Below are positions 24,999 through 34,743 of a DNA stretch of 40,986 bases, piece after piece. The stretch comes from a virus. Lineage: Duplodnaviria; Caudoviricetes. Numbering within the stretch: the stretch's first letter is position 1; every line of letters begins with the position of its first letter. The notes beneath the pieces are model-generated. The model ran no database searches, was not told the DNA's origin, and saw nothing but the letters and a program-made list of their open reading frames with translations. The stretch lies in the IMG/VR virus record IMGVR_UViG_3300048896_000068, positions 1-40,986 of that record. One strand, given 5' to 3'. Position numbers and translations under genes: made by a program.

Positions 24999-25244
24999 CT
25001 ATTTAAGTTTTTCTAGGACGACATCCAGCTTAGTTTCAATTCTGTGTAGGTCATCTTTAATGTCTTGTATTTGCACTTGATGCACATTCATTTTTAAGTC
25101 AATAAGTTTTTCTACTTCTTCTTTCACTGATGTTTTTTCTAGTTTTAATTTCATGTTTAGCTTATCCCGTTCATTAAAGCCAATATAAAAAAGAATAACT
25201 GGAAGTAAAATAAATTTCAATAGGTCATATAAATCCACATTCAT
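24999..25244 (-). CDS. Single-TM coiled-coil protein (holin-like)
   Basis: N-terminal TM; DL.RIE.KLD C-terminus; next to lysis genes. Confidence 0.6.
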   Translation of the reverse strand: MNVDLYDLLKFILLPVILFYIGFNERDKLNMKLKLEKTSVKEEVEKLIDLKMNVHQVQIQDIKDDLHRIETKLDVVLEKLK

Positions 25245-25249
25245 TTATT

Positions 25250-26428
25250 TTACCTCGCTAAATAGTTAGTATAGTTTGTAGCGTCTAAATAGGCAACTAC
25301 CTTGTTACTTGAATCGAATAATTTTACAATCCCTGTAGGCGTTCCGCCTTCAGTAAGAGTTTCTGTTATCATATATCCGCCATTAATAGCCGGTATAATG
25401 CTTCCCTTACGACCTGCATCAAAACAAAAATCAAGTCTACTATGAATATTATCAGTATATTTAGTGATTAAGTCGGTAGGCGATTCATATATAGCAGCCT
25501 TAAAAGTTCCATCTTTGTTTTTAACCATCTGCATTTTACCGTCACCGGGCCACTTAATAGGGTTAACTAACGGACAAGTTGGATCATCATGTGACGGTGT
25601 ACAAGTTTGGCCATTTGCTTGATATGTAGCTGTTGCGTGTGAAGATGGATTTTCCCATGTGAATTGCCAGATATCAGTCAATGATATGTAATTTGTACTT
25701 AATAAATTTGTTTTATCACTATCCCCGGCAAAATCCCGTGCTTGCTGTGCTGCTCCTAGTGGGAATACGTCTATAAAGCTTCCTGGAAATCCTACCCACT
25801 GTTTACCAGGATTAAAATTCAAATAATATAAAGGATCACCCGGATCTAATGTTGGAGTGTCAGCAGTGTACCATCCTGGAGGAGGTCGCATTAATCCATC
25901 CATTCTTATATCTAATCCACTTGCTGTAGTACAGTCATACGCTCCAGTAATACCGTTTAGTGTTCCGCCATTTCGTAAGTAATATTGAGCTAAGCCTTTA
26001 GGAACCCAGTCAGGAATAAACGGAATGCCTTTTTCACCGTCGATAATATCCTTTATAGGATATGTTCCTTGATCGCCTTTTGTTATAGAAGTAATCCCAC
26101 GTCTAGGATCATTCTTGCTACCATCTTTATTTGCAGCACTGTTAGGATCGGTAGGATCTGTATTTTGTCCGCTTCCAGTATCTTTTGCCGCCGGTAAATT
26201 ATTTGCTAATGCCATATAATCTAGCCACGACTGCAAACTATTACCAGTATTTTTACCTGTTGCCACTGTTGCGCCTTTAGTGTTTGCTCCGTCTGGAGTA
26301 ACAAAAGCTATTCCGCTGACACTTTCAATTGTACTTCTTGGCACTGCTGGAGGTAATACAGATTGAGCAGGATCAATATTTACAATCTTTCTTACGTCAA
26401 CAACAAATTTATTTCTATTAATTGCCAT
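25250..26428 (-). CDS. Minor tail / tail-tip protein
   Basis: Position at the end of the tail module; G/T/P-rich. Confidence 0.6.
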   Translation of the reverse strand: MAINRNKFVVDVRKIVNIDPAQSVLPPAVPRSTIESVSGIAFVTPDGANTKGATVATGKNTGNSLQSWLDYMALANNLPAAKDTGSGQNTDPTDPNSAANKDGSKNDPRRGITSITKGDQGTYPIKDIIDGEKGIPFIPDWVPKGLAQYYLRNGGTLNGITGAYDCTTASGLDIRMDGLMRPPPGWYTADTPTLDPGDPLYYLNFNPGKQWVGFPGSFIDVFPLGAAQQARDFAGDSDKTNLLSTNYISLTDIWQFTWENPSSHATATYQANGQTCTPSHDDPTCPLVNPIKWPGDGKMQMVKNKDGTFKAAIYESPTDLITKYTDNIHSRLDFCFDAGRKGSIIPAINGGYMITETLTEGGTPTGIVKLFDSSNKVVAYLDATNYTNYLAR

Positions 26429-26438
26429 TTTTCACCAA

Positions 26439-28682
26439 TTAAAATATTATTGTTAGTTCATCATTAGGAATTGACATACTATAGCCAGTACTTGCATGTA
26501 GTACCCGTTCTTGTCTCAAATTATCAGATATAGCCGGAGCATCAACTTTGAAAAATTCTTGATATGCAGTTCTAGCAGTAGTCCCGCCGCCTGGAGCAGG
26601 TAAAAATCTATTTCCTACCATACCATTCCATGATTGAGCAGCGTCAGTAGTTGGATCTTGTCCAAAATGATTACCTAAAATCACATTAGTGTTTATAGCG
26701 TCTGGAGCATCCGCCGGAATACCAGGCAAACTCACTACTGAATTGGATGCTGAACCTTGAGATTTAAACAAGGCCAAAGTCACTGTTGTTTGTGCTTCTC
26801 CAGTATCAACATTCAAAACATGTTCTATACTATATGTTTTACCTTTTGCAATTACTGTATCAGTATCAACTCTGCAAGTATGTTTTAAATCAATATTAGG
26901 AAATAAAAACATATTTACTATAACTTTCGTATCTCTATGAGAACCTAAAATAGTAGTATATGCTTTATTAATTACTGTATATGCAGCACCTACCATGTCA
27001 TTTCTATTTAAATCTGCATTGATATAATATGAATCATTTGGGTTACCAACTACACTTGCAGTAGGACTAACAGTCAAAGCGGCAGTTCCAGCAGTTGTAT
27101 AAGTTTTATAGTTTTCCCATCTGCTAGAATCAAAGGTTGCTTCAGTTGAATACGATTCATCAGCACTAATTTCGTCATACTGAGCAATAGATTGTGGAGC
27201 AGACAAACTAAGAGAATAATTTTCTGTTACTGTTTGTGCCCATCTAAATGTACCTACCCATGTTGCTCCCATGCAATATAATGGGCCGTAGTCAGTTCCG
27301 CCGGTTATTGCGTTTGCAGTTACCACGTTTCCGTCTGCATCTGTAAATGATACCTCAGAATCTACGGTAGATACAGTTGTTTGACCTGTTAAAGGATCTA
27401 CACTTGATTCTGATGCATTAGCAGTGCTGTAAGTAAATTGTACAGTTGACCATGCTATTCCATTATACCAGCCTGATGGCCAAATAGGAATATATGTGAT
27501 CCCGCCTTTCATAGGCCATCCTGTAGAGTCAGCAGCAGTTTTAACCCTTTCCCTAAAGGTCATTGAGTATCCCCACTGCAACAACAACATAATATTTTGT
27601 GCTATAGGTGATGTCCAATGCCAAGTTCTTTGGGTATGATGTAATCGGTCATATCTATATTGGAAATTAATATTTACTTTATTTGTAACACGTCCACGAC
27701 TACCGATTTGTACTTTTGGCTTATCATAATAAACATCTGAATTTGTAAAAGTAAAATCAGGTGATGATTTAGCAAACCATGATGTAAGTGTATAATTTCC
27801 AAAAGCATCAAAGTCCACTGAATACGGGGTAGTAGAGAGCCGCTTCTCTAATTCGTCAGCAGTATCTTTGATGTTTTGGAAAATCGTATTAGAGAAATAG
27901 CCAATAGAACCAATAACACCGGGCAATTGCTCATTAACCAATTCAGTACGTCTATCAGTACATTTAAGTGTGACTTTTTTCTCTATCAAGTCTAATTCTG
28001 GAATGTCTACCACTCCAGTATAAATTCTTTGTAACCCTGCTGCTGTATGTACGTCAATAGTAACAGATTTGCCTGTATACCCTTCAGCATCTATAAATCC
28101 CGGATTTGGAATAATTGTAAATTCTGCTAATGATGCTTGTGATTCTGTTCTATCTACTTTTATTTCACCGAATACTTGGTTGTTTGGAATTTGAAAACCG
28201 CCTAGTGTGATTAAAGCGTCCCATCCAAATTTTTGTAAATGAGAAGTAACTGTGGTATCTATTACATGTTGTTCAATAGCAATTAATTCACCAACTCTAA
28301 AGTTGGCTACATTTTGTTCTATTTCAATTAATTCGCCGCTACCTGATACAGCATGAATCACAGATTGTTCTATCTGTATGTTTTCTCCACTGGCCTTTTT
28401 CCCTACTGATTGTTCAATAGTTATAAATTCGCCAGCGCCTATTACACCTACAATCTGTTCAATTGTAACTAATTCACCACGACCAATTAGTAACTCTTCA
28501 TGGTCAATAGCTCCCCAATTTATACGACGTGCATTGAGTGGGTTTTTTACAATCTCAATAGGATCGGGAACTACCCATTGTTCTAATGCAATAAGAGATC
28601 CAAAACCTGTCAAAGGCGGAGCTGGAGGAGGACCGTCGGATCCATCTATGGCTATTACATTAAGTGCGGACTTATTAATCAT
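26439..28682 (-). CDS. Large tail/baseplate protein
   Basis: 747 aa in tail module; N-terminal GE(L)IxIEQxV repeats. Confidence 0.65.
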   Translation of the reverse strand: MINKSALNVIAIDGSDGPPPAPPLTGFGSLIALEQWVVPDPIEIVKNPLNARRINWGAIDHEELLIGRGELVTIEQIVGVIGAGEFITIEQSVGKKASGENIQIEQSVIHAVSGSGELIEIEQNVANFRVGELIAIEQHVIDTTVTSHLQKFGWDALITLGGFQIPNNQVFGEIKVDRTESQASLAEFTIIPNPGFIDAEGYTGKSVTIDVHTAAGLQRIYTGVVDIPELDLIEKKVTLKCTDRRTELVNEQLPGVIGSIGYFSNTIFQNIKDTADELEKRLSTTPYSVDFDAFGNYTLTSWFAKSSPDFTFTNSDVYYDKPKVQIGSRGRVTNKVNINFQYRYDRLHHTQRTWHWTSPIAQNIMLLLQWGYSMTFRERVKTAADSTGWPMKGGITYIPIWPSGWYNGIAWSTVQFTYSTANASESSVDPLTGQTTVSTVDSEVSFTDADGNVVTANAITGGTDYGPLYCMGATWVGTFRWAQTVTENYSLSLSAPQSIAQYDEISADESYSTEATFDSSRWENYKTYTTAGTAALTVSPTASVVGNPNDSYYINADLNRNDMVGAAYTVINKAYTTILGSHRDTKVIVNMFLFPNIDLKHTCRVDTDTVIAKGKTYSIEHVLNVDTGEAQTTVTLALFKSQGSASNSVVSLPGIPADAPDAINTNVILGNHFGQDPTTDAAQSWNGMVGNRFLPAPGGGTTARTAYQEFFKVDAPAISDNLRQERVLHASTGYSMSIPNDELTIIF

Positions 28683-28685
28683 TTA

Positions 28686-29492
28686 TTAGTAAACTCTTTT
28701 TGAAAGAATAAACTTAGATCCGTTAACAAATGTATCACCGCCGACAAAGAAAAACTTAAGTGCTGTTACTGCTTCGGCAACGTCTCTAGATCCCATACCT
28801 ATGTTAAAGGTTGCTGAAATTTCTTGATAACATTCATATCTAATAGGCTTTTTAGTGGCCGCTGTGTCGACATCACGAATTTCTACGAAACCGCTTGCAA
28901 ATATCGCAGAGTTATTACTCATACCTACCATAAGTTTAATTTGAGCTTGATTAGATCCTCTGTTACCTTGGTCGCCGGCACTATAAATAAAACTTGCACC
29001 ATCATAGTAATAGGATGTATTTTGATAGGTAGGTGTTCCGCCGGTTCCTTGTCGAATTGCTAAATCGTCAGATCCAGTAGTACATTGAGCTTTTACAATG
29101 TCAATCCTATAGTCACCATCTGTTAAGCCTTCGAATTTAACTTCAGCTTGTGTGCCAGATGTAACAATGACTTTAATAGGTTGCCAGTATGGAGCTTTAG
29201 AAATTGCGTCAGCGGTAGCTCTCACTTCAATAGCTGCACCAGCACTGAATGCCGTTCCTGATGTACCTTCTTGACCTCTAACACAAGTTACTGTGTTAGT
29301 AGATAAACCAGTAACATGTATAATTTCAATATTTGAACCGTCATCAATAGTCATAGGCACAAAGTCACAAGATGCTAATGCAGTTGCAAGACCTGTTACT
29401 GATACTAAGTCAAATGTAGTTGCTGAGTTAGTTATATTGTTAGTTAATGTGGTTGTAAAGTTATTCATCAACCCACGGATAGTATTTGTCAT
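28686..29492 (-). CDS. Tail fibre-like protein
   Basis: N-terminal NN..TTL...EII.VT...T..RGQEGT...R.TA phage tail module. Confidence 0.65.
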   Translation of the reverse strand: MTNTIRGLMNNFTTTLTNNITNSATTFDLVSVTGLATALASCDFVPMTIDDGSNIEIIHVTGLSTNTVTCVRGQEGTSGTAFSAGAAIEVRATADAISKAPYWQPIKVIVTSGTQAEVKFEGLTDGDYRIDIVKAQCTTGSDDLAIRQGTGGTPTYQNTSYYYDGASFIYSAGDQGNRGSNQAQIKLMVGMSNNSAIFASGFVEIRDVDTAATKKPIRYECYQEISATFNIGMGSRDVAEAVTALKFFFVGGDTFVNGSKFILSKRVY

Positions 29493-29502
29493 TGCTTACC
29501 CC

Positions 29503-30123
29503 TTAAATGTCCGTCTCTATGACTTCATTAATAAATACGCCTATCTCAGCGTGTCCGATGTCATTTCTAACGTTAGTCACGGCATTAGTGATTCTCATAT
29601 AAACTGGCACTGCGTTTCCTACGTCTCCGTCTATTTCAGTACCTAAGTCTAGGGCCGCGCCTGGAGTTGCTGCACCAAGTGTTCCACTAGATAATGATAA
29701 TTTAATTTCAGTTGTAGCATGTTTTGGGCCTAACAATGTCCACACACACGTACCGTCAGCAACAGTAGACCCAATACTACTAGTAGGCCATGTTGGTTCC
29801 ACACTTGCGTGTGACGTTCCAGCAGTGGTACACTTATATACTTTTCCATTTGGTGATGTTGGTTCAATTTCATCACCTACTATATACGCATGTGCAGTTT
29901 GCCAAGTAGGAATAGTATCTGTTGGTGTTAAGGTTATTTGGTCAACTCCAGGATTTGAATTAGCTTGAAGCTTTTTACCTGCATCAGTGCTACCAAAATA
30001 AAAAGTAAAATCTTGTGGATTGTCAGACAGCGAGGTATTATGAACAAGTTGCAATGTCCCGCCGAACGGAGTAGTTAACCCCGAATCTGTATAAAGCTTA
30101 AAGCTTAAATCTGATAAAGCCAT
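29503..30123 (-). CDS. Virion protein with an inserted carbohydrate-binding-like domain
   Basis: WQTAHAYIVGD...VYKCTTAGTS...EPTWP...V.DGTCVW. Confidence 0.65.
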   Translation of the reverse strand: MALSDLSFKLYTDSGLTTPFGGTLQLVHNTSLSDNPQDFTFYFGSTDAGKKLQANSNPGVDQITLTPTDTIPTWQTAHAYIVGDEIEPTSPNGKVYKCTTAGTSHASVEPTWPTSSIGSTVADGTCVWTLLGPKHATTEIKLSLSSGTLGAATPGAALDLGTEIDGDVGNAVPVYMRITNAVTNVRNDIGHAEIGVFINEVIETDI

Positions 30124-30126
30124 TTA

Positions 30127-31485
30127 TTATCTCCCCGATCCTCTTGCGACATCGTTTATCTTTGTTTCAATTCGTTTATCTATAACCTGCATCATTCCAT
30201 CACTCATTTTAACTGTAATGTCAGCTTGAACATTTACTTTTGATGGATCTAGTTGTACGTGTATGACCTCTCCGGTTTTTTCATTTTTAATATATCCGGC
30301 TGCATTATTTGTTTCACCGTTAATTGTATCTATAGCCTTGTTGACATTTCCAGCAGGTGTTTTATCAATTTGTCTTTGTAGAGCGTCATATTCTTTTGTT
30401 AAACTCTGCACTGCTTGTGTATTTGTACTAACTTTGTCTTGAAATATTGTTTTCCAAGTATCTATAGAAGTTAATAAAGGTTGAAAATCTGCTGCTGCTG
30501 TGCCATTCTTACTAGCCTTAGAACCTGCGTATGTAGATGTAAATTCACCTGTAGGTGTGTGGAAATGGTCAGATATATATTGCTTTACAGACGATCCTAA
30601 GCTATATGCCACACCTAAAGAAGCAATTACTAGTTCAATTTCAGTGCCTAAAATATGCCATCCCTTAGATATTAATATTGCTCCCTCTGTCATGGCTTGT
30701 GCAGTCACTAAGGAGTCATGTTTTAAACCGCCGTAGGCGACCGCTGTATCATTAATGTTTTTCAAAACTGCTGTGATAGTTGGGGTAAAATCCGCCGCAA
30801 CATTATTTTTAAAACCTTCAAATAAAGTTTCTGTATCTGCCTTCACTTGTGTGAATGTTTTTATAGATTCTTTTTGCGTTTCTGATAATGCAGTTTTTAA
30901 AGTGTCAAATCTGGCTGCTGCCTGTGGTATGTTAGTGGCTGCGATAGCTGCTATATCTGTCCAGCTTTTACCTAGTATCTTACTTGCCAAAGCGTCACGT
31001 TCATTTGCATCAGATATTTGACCTAGTGCAGTTGCAATTGCAATGAATTGCTTATCTGGAGCTAAACCTTTTAATGTGGTTGCAGAAACGCCTAACCGAT
31101 CAAAAGCATCTGCCATTTCCTTAAGAGGTTGTTCAGCAGTTGCAAATCCTATATTTTTACCAAGATTTTTTAAGGCAATTGTAATTGTATCAACCGGCAC
31201 ACCGGCTTGTTTAGCTAGATATTCCAATTTTTGAAAATTAGCTAATGTAGTACCAAACTTTTCTGATGCTGCGGTTAAGTCTTCAATATGGGATAAGGTA
31301 CTTTCAAATACTCCGGCCAATTCCTTAAATACGAATGCTCCAGCAAAGGCACTAGCTATCTGTGAAATAGATTTAAGGGCACTACCTGCAAATGCATCAA
31401 CCTTACTTTTAGATTGTGCTAAGTCTTGTGTTAATTTTTGCGAGTTAGCCGATATATCTACAACTAACTTTGCTGCATCTGTCAT
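30127..31485 (-). CDS. Tape measure protein (short, 452 aa)
   Basis: L.VDISAN N-terminus, Ala-rich helical, F..LGV...L..L.PD.QF; follows the tail chaperones. Confidence 0.9.
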   Translation of the reverse strand: MTDAAKLVVDISANSQKLTQDLAQSKSKVDAFAGSALKSISQIASAFAGAFVFKELAGVFESTLSHIEDLTAASEKFGTTLANFQKLEYLAKQAGVPVDTITIALKNLGKNIGFATAEQPLKEMADAFDRLGVSATTLKGLAPDKQFIAIATALGQISDANERDALASKILGKSWTDIAAIAATNIPQAAARFDTLKTALSETQKESIKTFTQVKADTETLFEGFKNNVAADFTPTITAVLKNINDTAVAYGGLKHDSLVTAQAMTEGAILISKGWHILGTEIELVIASLGVAYSLGSSVKQYISDHFHTPTGEFTSTYAGSKASKNGTAAADFQPLLTSIDTWKTIFQDKVSTNTQAVQSLTKEYDALQRQIDKTPAGNVNKAIDTINGETNNAAGYIKNEKTGEVIHVQLDPSKVNVQADITVKMSDGMMQVIDKRIETKINDVARGSGR

Positions 31486-31721
31486 TTACTACCCTTAAGC
31501 AATCGTTTAAAAGCTGCTGCCCGTTCAGATAAAGACATGGCCCTGCTTTCTTCTAACTCTTTATCGTTCTTATATTTATCTAACCATTTTTGATTTTGAG
31601 TTAAATCATAAGCCATCCATTCTGATATCTCCTTACTGTCTAATTCCTCAAGAAGCTTTTTCACTGTCATCTTCAGCCTATCAGCTAAGTAAAAGCAATA
31701 ACGCTTAAACTGATGGCTCAT
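31482..31721 (-). CDS. Tail assembly chaperone, frameshift extension (gpT-like)
   Basis: LA.RL.MTV..L...S.E..EW.AY; -1 frame of the upstream gene. Confidence 0.85.
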   Translation of the reverse strand: MSHQFKRYCFYLADRLKMTVKKLLEELDSKEISEWMAYDLTQNQKWLDKYKNDKELEESRAMSLSERAAAFKRLLKGSK

Positions 31722-32074
31722 TAGTTTTTTGCTAGTTCTTCTACTTCAGTTTGTCCGATACCATTAAGCTTTTGAGCTGCTCCAAATACCTTATCAAGAG
31801 CCACGCTAGATTTTTTGCCTAACGCTTCAATCTCAGATTCATTAAATAATAGATTACCGTTTTCGTCTACCAGGCAAGCGGCAACAAATTTAGCTCTAAT
31901 ATTTGATGTGTTCATATTGTTTTTGCCAACTACCGATGTTTCGAATCGATCACGGGCAAAACCTGACATAGTAGCAAGTCTTACACTACCTCCCCATTCA
32001 GGTACTTCTAGCTCGACAAACTTACTATCTTGACTCTTTAGAATTTCATCTTTTGATAATAGCGACATTATCAC
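31721..32074 (-). CDS. Tail assembly chaperone (gpG-like)
   Basis: VPEWGG.V, RD.FE, LVDENG..LF; ends at A AAA AAC slippery site. Confidence 0.9.
   Translation of the reverse strand: MIMSLLSKDEILKSQDSKFVELEVPEWGGSVRLATMSGFARDRFETSVVGKNNMNTSNIRAKFVAACLVDENGNLLFNESEIEALGKKSSVALDKVFGAAQKLNGIGQTEVEELAKN
31724..31730 (-). promoter_or_regulatory. -1 programmed frameshift slippery heptamer A AAA AAC
   Basis: GCA AAA AAC TAA; the -1 frame reads AAA CTA ATG AGC into the next ORF. Confidence 0.85.
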
Positions 32075-32083
32075 ACCTCTAAT

Positions 32084-32164
32084 TTATTTTGGTTTACATG
32101 TACATTTTCCACATGTGATACATTTACCACACGTGGAACATATTAATAATTTTAGTTTGTCCAC
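32084..32164 (-). CDS. Possible 26-aa six-Cys peptide
   Basis: (V/M)DKLKLLICSTCGKCITCGKCTCKPK; translated by hand; weak RBS. Confidence 0.4.
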   Translation of the reverse strand: MDKLKLLICSTCGKCITCGKCTCKPK

Positions 32165-32556
32165 ACAACTGAGCCAGTAATTTTCATATTACATGTACCC
32201 TCTACAACTTTGTCTACACCCCCGGATACGTCAAACATTTTAACATATGCGTTAAAGGTTGCTATATCTCCAGAGGGCAAAGTTAAAACACATTGTCTAG
32301 TTGCATGAGCTGCTTTTGCTGAATCCATTTCTGCTTGACCTGCATCAAACGGATCTCTCATAACTGTTAAAGAACAGTTACCAAAATTTTGTAACCCCTG
32401 TCTAAATTCTTTTGCAGTAGAGGAAAGGGTAGTGATATCAATGTCACTTGCTTCGCCATCTGCAAATTTATATGATACAATTCCACCTACAGTTACAGGG
32501 CTATTTGCATCATCTGCAAAAGTGAATGTAGTTCCTTGAGCGTCTAAAACTGCCAT
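32152..32556 (-). CDS. Tail tube protein
   Basis: QGT, IDITTL.S.AKEFR.GL..FG, D.GQ, F.AYV, KITG. Confidence 0.9.
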   Translation of the reverse strand: MAVLDAQGTTFTFADDANSPVTVGGIVSYKFADGEASDIDITTLSSTAKEFRQGLQNFGNCSLTVMRDPFDAGQAEMDSAKAAHATRQCVLTLPSGDIATFNAYVKMFDVSGGVDKVVEGTCNMKITGSVVWTN

Positions 32557-32567
32557 TTGATTACCTC

Positions 32568-32972
32568 TTAATTAGCATAACAAGCATAATTTATTTGTAC
32601 AGATCCTTGAATCCAAGAATCTAGCGTTACTATTGGCAATTGATTGATTGCCCGAATTAATACTTTAATGTTTCCAGATGTTAAACTCTGTTCAGTCTTA
32701 AAGTGATCTGAGATTGCGTCAAGCTTATCTAATACTGCTGACATCCCTTTATTTTGTTCTCCAAATACATCGATTTGATATATACCTACATTGTATTGAA
32801 TCGTATCGTTTACAACTAACCTTGTTGACTTTCCAGGTATAAAAGTAGGTCTTAAATACATGGTTCCTAAAGATGGATTAAATTTTATATTAGGCCATGC
32901 AATAGGAGTGGAGCCAGATAGTAAACTTAATTTAGTGTCTAAAGCAGCCTGTGTTAATTTTAAATCAGCCAT
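32568..32972 (-). CDS. Tail terminator-like protein (DUF4128-like)
   Basis: IAWPN..F.P, YLR, G.YQIDVF; likely start 32972. Confidence 0.8.
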   Translation of the reverse strand: MADLKLTQAALDTKLSLLSGSTPIAWPNIKFNPSLGTMYLRPTFIPGKSTRLVVNDTIQYNVGIYQIDVFGEQNKGMSAVLDKLDAISDHFKTEQSLTSGNIKVLIRAINQLPIVTLDSWIQGSVQINYACYAN

Positions 32973-33381
32973 CTTTGTTTCTATCCGCAAACTTTTGACA
33001 TATAGAGTCAAACCTGATAATATTTATTCTGACCATTCCTATTGGCGCTTGCTTTTGTGAATGACCATACTCAATATACTTTGCATATGGCGCATTATTT
33101 GTAAAGAAAACATTATCGCCTAACTTGAAGCTAGCTAATCCTGCTTTAACTCTACTTTTTGCAATTTCTCCGCTAGGATCTAAGTCTCCAGTCTCTCCAC
33201 TTGGCGATTCATTAACAGTTGTTTGCCAATTCCCTCTAAGTCTACCTGTGTCTACCGGAGTACCTGTGATGATATCTGAAAACAATTCTTCATACGCTTC
33301 TTTTAACGTTTTTTCTGTTCTTTTTTTGACAGAATTTACAGCTCGTACCCATTCTTGGTTAAAATTAACCTGTCCGGCCAT
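32965..33381 (-). CDS. HK97 gp10-like tail completion protein
   Basis: TPVDTGRLRGNW, NNAPYA..IEYGHS.QAP.GMVR. Confidence 0.9.
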   Translation of the reverse strand: MAGQVNFNQEWVRAVNSVKKRTEKTLKEAYEELFSDIITGTPVDTGRLRGNWQTTVNESPSGETGDLDPSGEIAKSRVKAGLASFKLGDNVFFTNNAPYAKYIEYGHSQKQAPIGMVRINIIRFDSICQKFADRNKDG

Positions 33382-33382
33382 G

Positions 33383-33742
33383 TTATTTCCTCACTTGAAG
33401 AGTGTATATAACATCGGCACTGTTAACCCGTGTACGAAACACGTTAATTATCTTACCATAAAAATCACCAAAAGTCAAGGTATCATTAGGTGTAGGTACT
33501 TCACTCATATTATGAGCAAGTATTTTTATGTCACCTTTTTGTATTATTGTTCCGTCTATCTCATAGTCTTTATAGTCAGTGGGTACGACCATTCCAGAAT
33601 ATGAAATAGAAGTTTCCCCGAAAGGTTCGCCGGATTGCGGATTATATTCACCTTCAACATTTCTATTGAAGGATCCAGACTCTCCAAATTCTGTGATCAA
33701 TTCCTTGGCAACTGCTGCCATATCATCACTAAATTCCGACAT
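33383..33742 (-). CDS. Head closure (stopper) protein
   Basis: A..LI.EFG, IDGT.IQ.GD, Y.LQVRK. Confidence 0.8.
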   Translation of the reverse strand: MSEFSDDMAAVAKELITEFGESGSFNRNVEGEYNPQSGEPFGETSISYSGMVVPTDYKDYEIDGTIIQKGDIKILAHNMSEVPTPNDTLTFGDFYGKIINVFRTRVNSADVIYTLQVRK

Positions 33743-33743
33743 G

Positions 33744-34223
33744 TTAACCCCTTCCCACTAGGAACGACGGACCATCAATAGGATTTTTTAACACTTTCCA
33801 TAACGACGAGCTTAACTTTCTAACTAATGTTACAGCCATGTTTTTTTGATATGTTACTGATATTGACCCCACACTTACAGAGTCTTTAACTCTGGGTATG
33901 TCAGATATAGGATCAATACCTCTATCAATTGCAAGAGCTACTTCTATTTGACCTTTAACCAAGTGTGGCGGAATGCTATGGACAGTAACTAAAAAGTTAT
34001 CTATTACAACATCCCATCGCGGCCACTGCAAAGGCTGATTTCGGGTGAATTTCTCACCTTTAAACACCAAGCTTTCTATATAGTCCATAGACTTAATAAG
34101 TAACTCTTCAGGATCACCACTAATAGTAATCCCTCTTGCTGATGCATATGCTTGAAAGTCGGCTACGCTAACATATGAATTAGAGTTAACTAAATTGTTA
34201 CCGTCTTCGACTACAATTGTCAT
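33744..34223 (-). CDS. Head-tail adaptor (DnaT-like annotation family)
   Basis: VEDG....NSYVSV, DYIE, Q.LQWPR, VG.I.V.Y. Confidence 0.88.
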   Translation of the reverse strand: MTIVVEDGNNLVNSNSYVSVADFQAYASARGITISGDPEELLIKSMDYIESLVFKGEKFTRNQPLQWPRWDVVIDNFLVTVHSIPPHLVKGQIEVALAIDRGIDPISDIPRVKDSVSVGSISVTYQKNMAVTLVRKLSSSLWKVLKNPIDGPSFLVGRG

Positions 34224-34225
34224 GA

Positions 34226-34732
34226 TTATACATCCCCGATTATGATAATATCATAAAGGACGCTTGAACCACTTCCGCTGTTTGCAATTTTTAAATTGTG
34301 TGCTGTAGAATCATCTACGGCATATCCACCGGCTGAGTGAGTTGATAAGCAAATCATTCCGCCTGGTTGCACAGAAATAGTATCAGTGCCAGCGTCAAAA
34401 GGTGATGAAAATGGATTAGAAGCCGCTCCGCCTACTACAACGTTATTTACGTTATCAGTATGAGCTTGAACAATTATACATTTTACATTTGTTAATGCTA
34501 TTGAGTTACCAAAAGCATCTGTAAGTGCTGCTAAATCTAATGTCTCACTAGAAGAAGCTGTGATCGTGCGAGTATCTGTGAAGATAGCTTGTGCTTGATC
34601 TACACCTGCACCATTTGCAAACCTATTTGTATAAGTTTGACTTAAGTTATATTGACGTGTTCCTAAATCTATTGATACAGCATAAGTACCAACAACTTTT
34701 AGGTCAATACGTCCATTAAAGGTAGCAGTCAT
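34226..34732 (-). CDS. Putative virion structural protein
   Basis: Beta-rich, located in the head module. Confidence 0.6.
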   Translation of the reverse strand: MTATFNGRIDLKVVGTYAVSIDLGTRQYNLSQTYTNRFANGAGVDQAQAIFTDTRTITASSSETLDLAALTDAFGNSIALTNVKCIIVQAHTDNVNNVVVGGAASNPFSSPFDAGTDTISVQPGGMICLSTHSAGGYAVDDSTAHNLKIANSGSGSSVLYDIIIIGDV

Positions 34733-34743
34733 ATTTTATCCCC

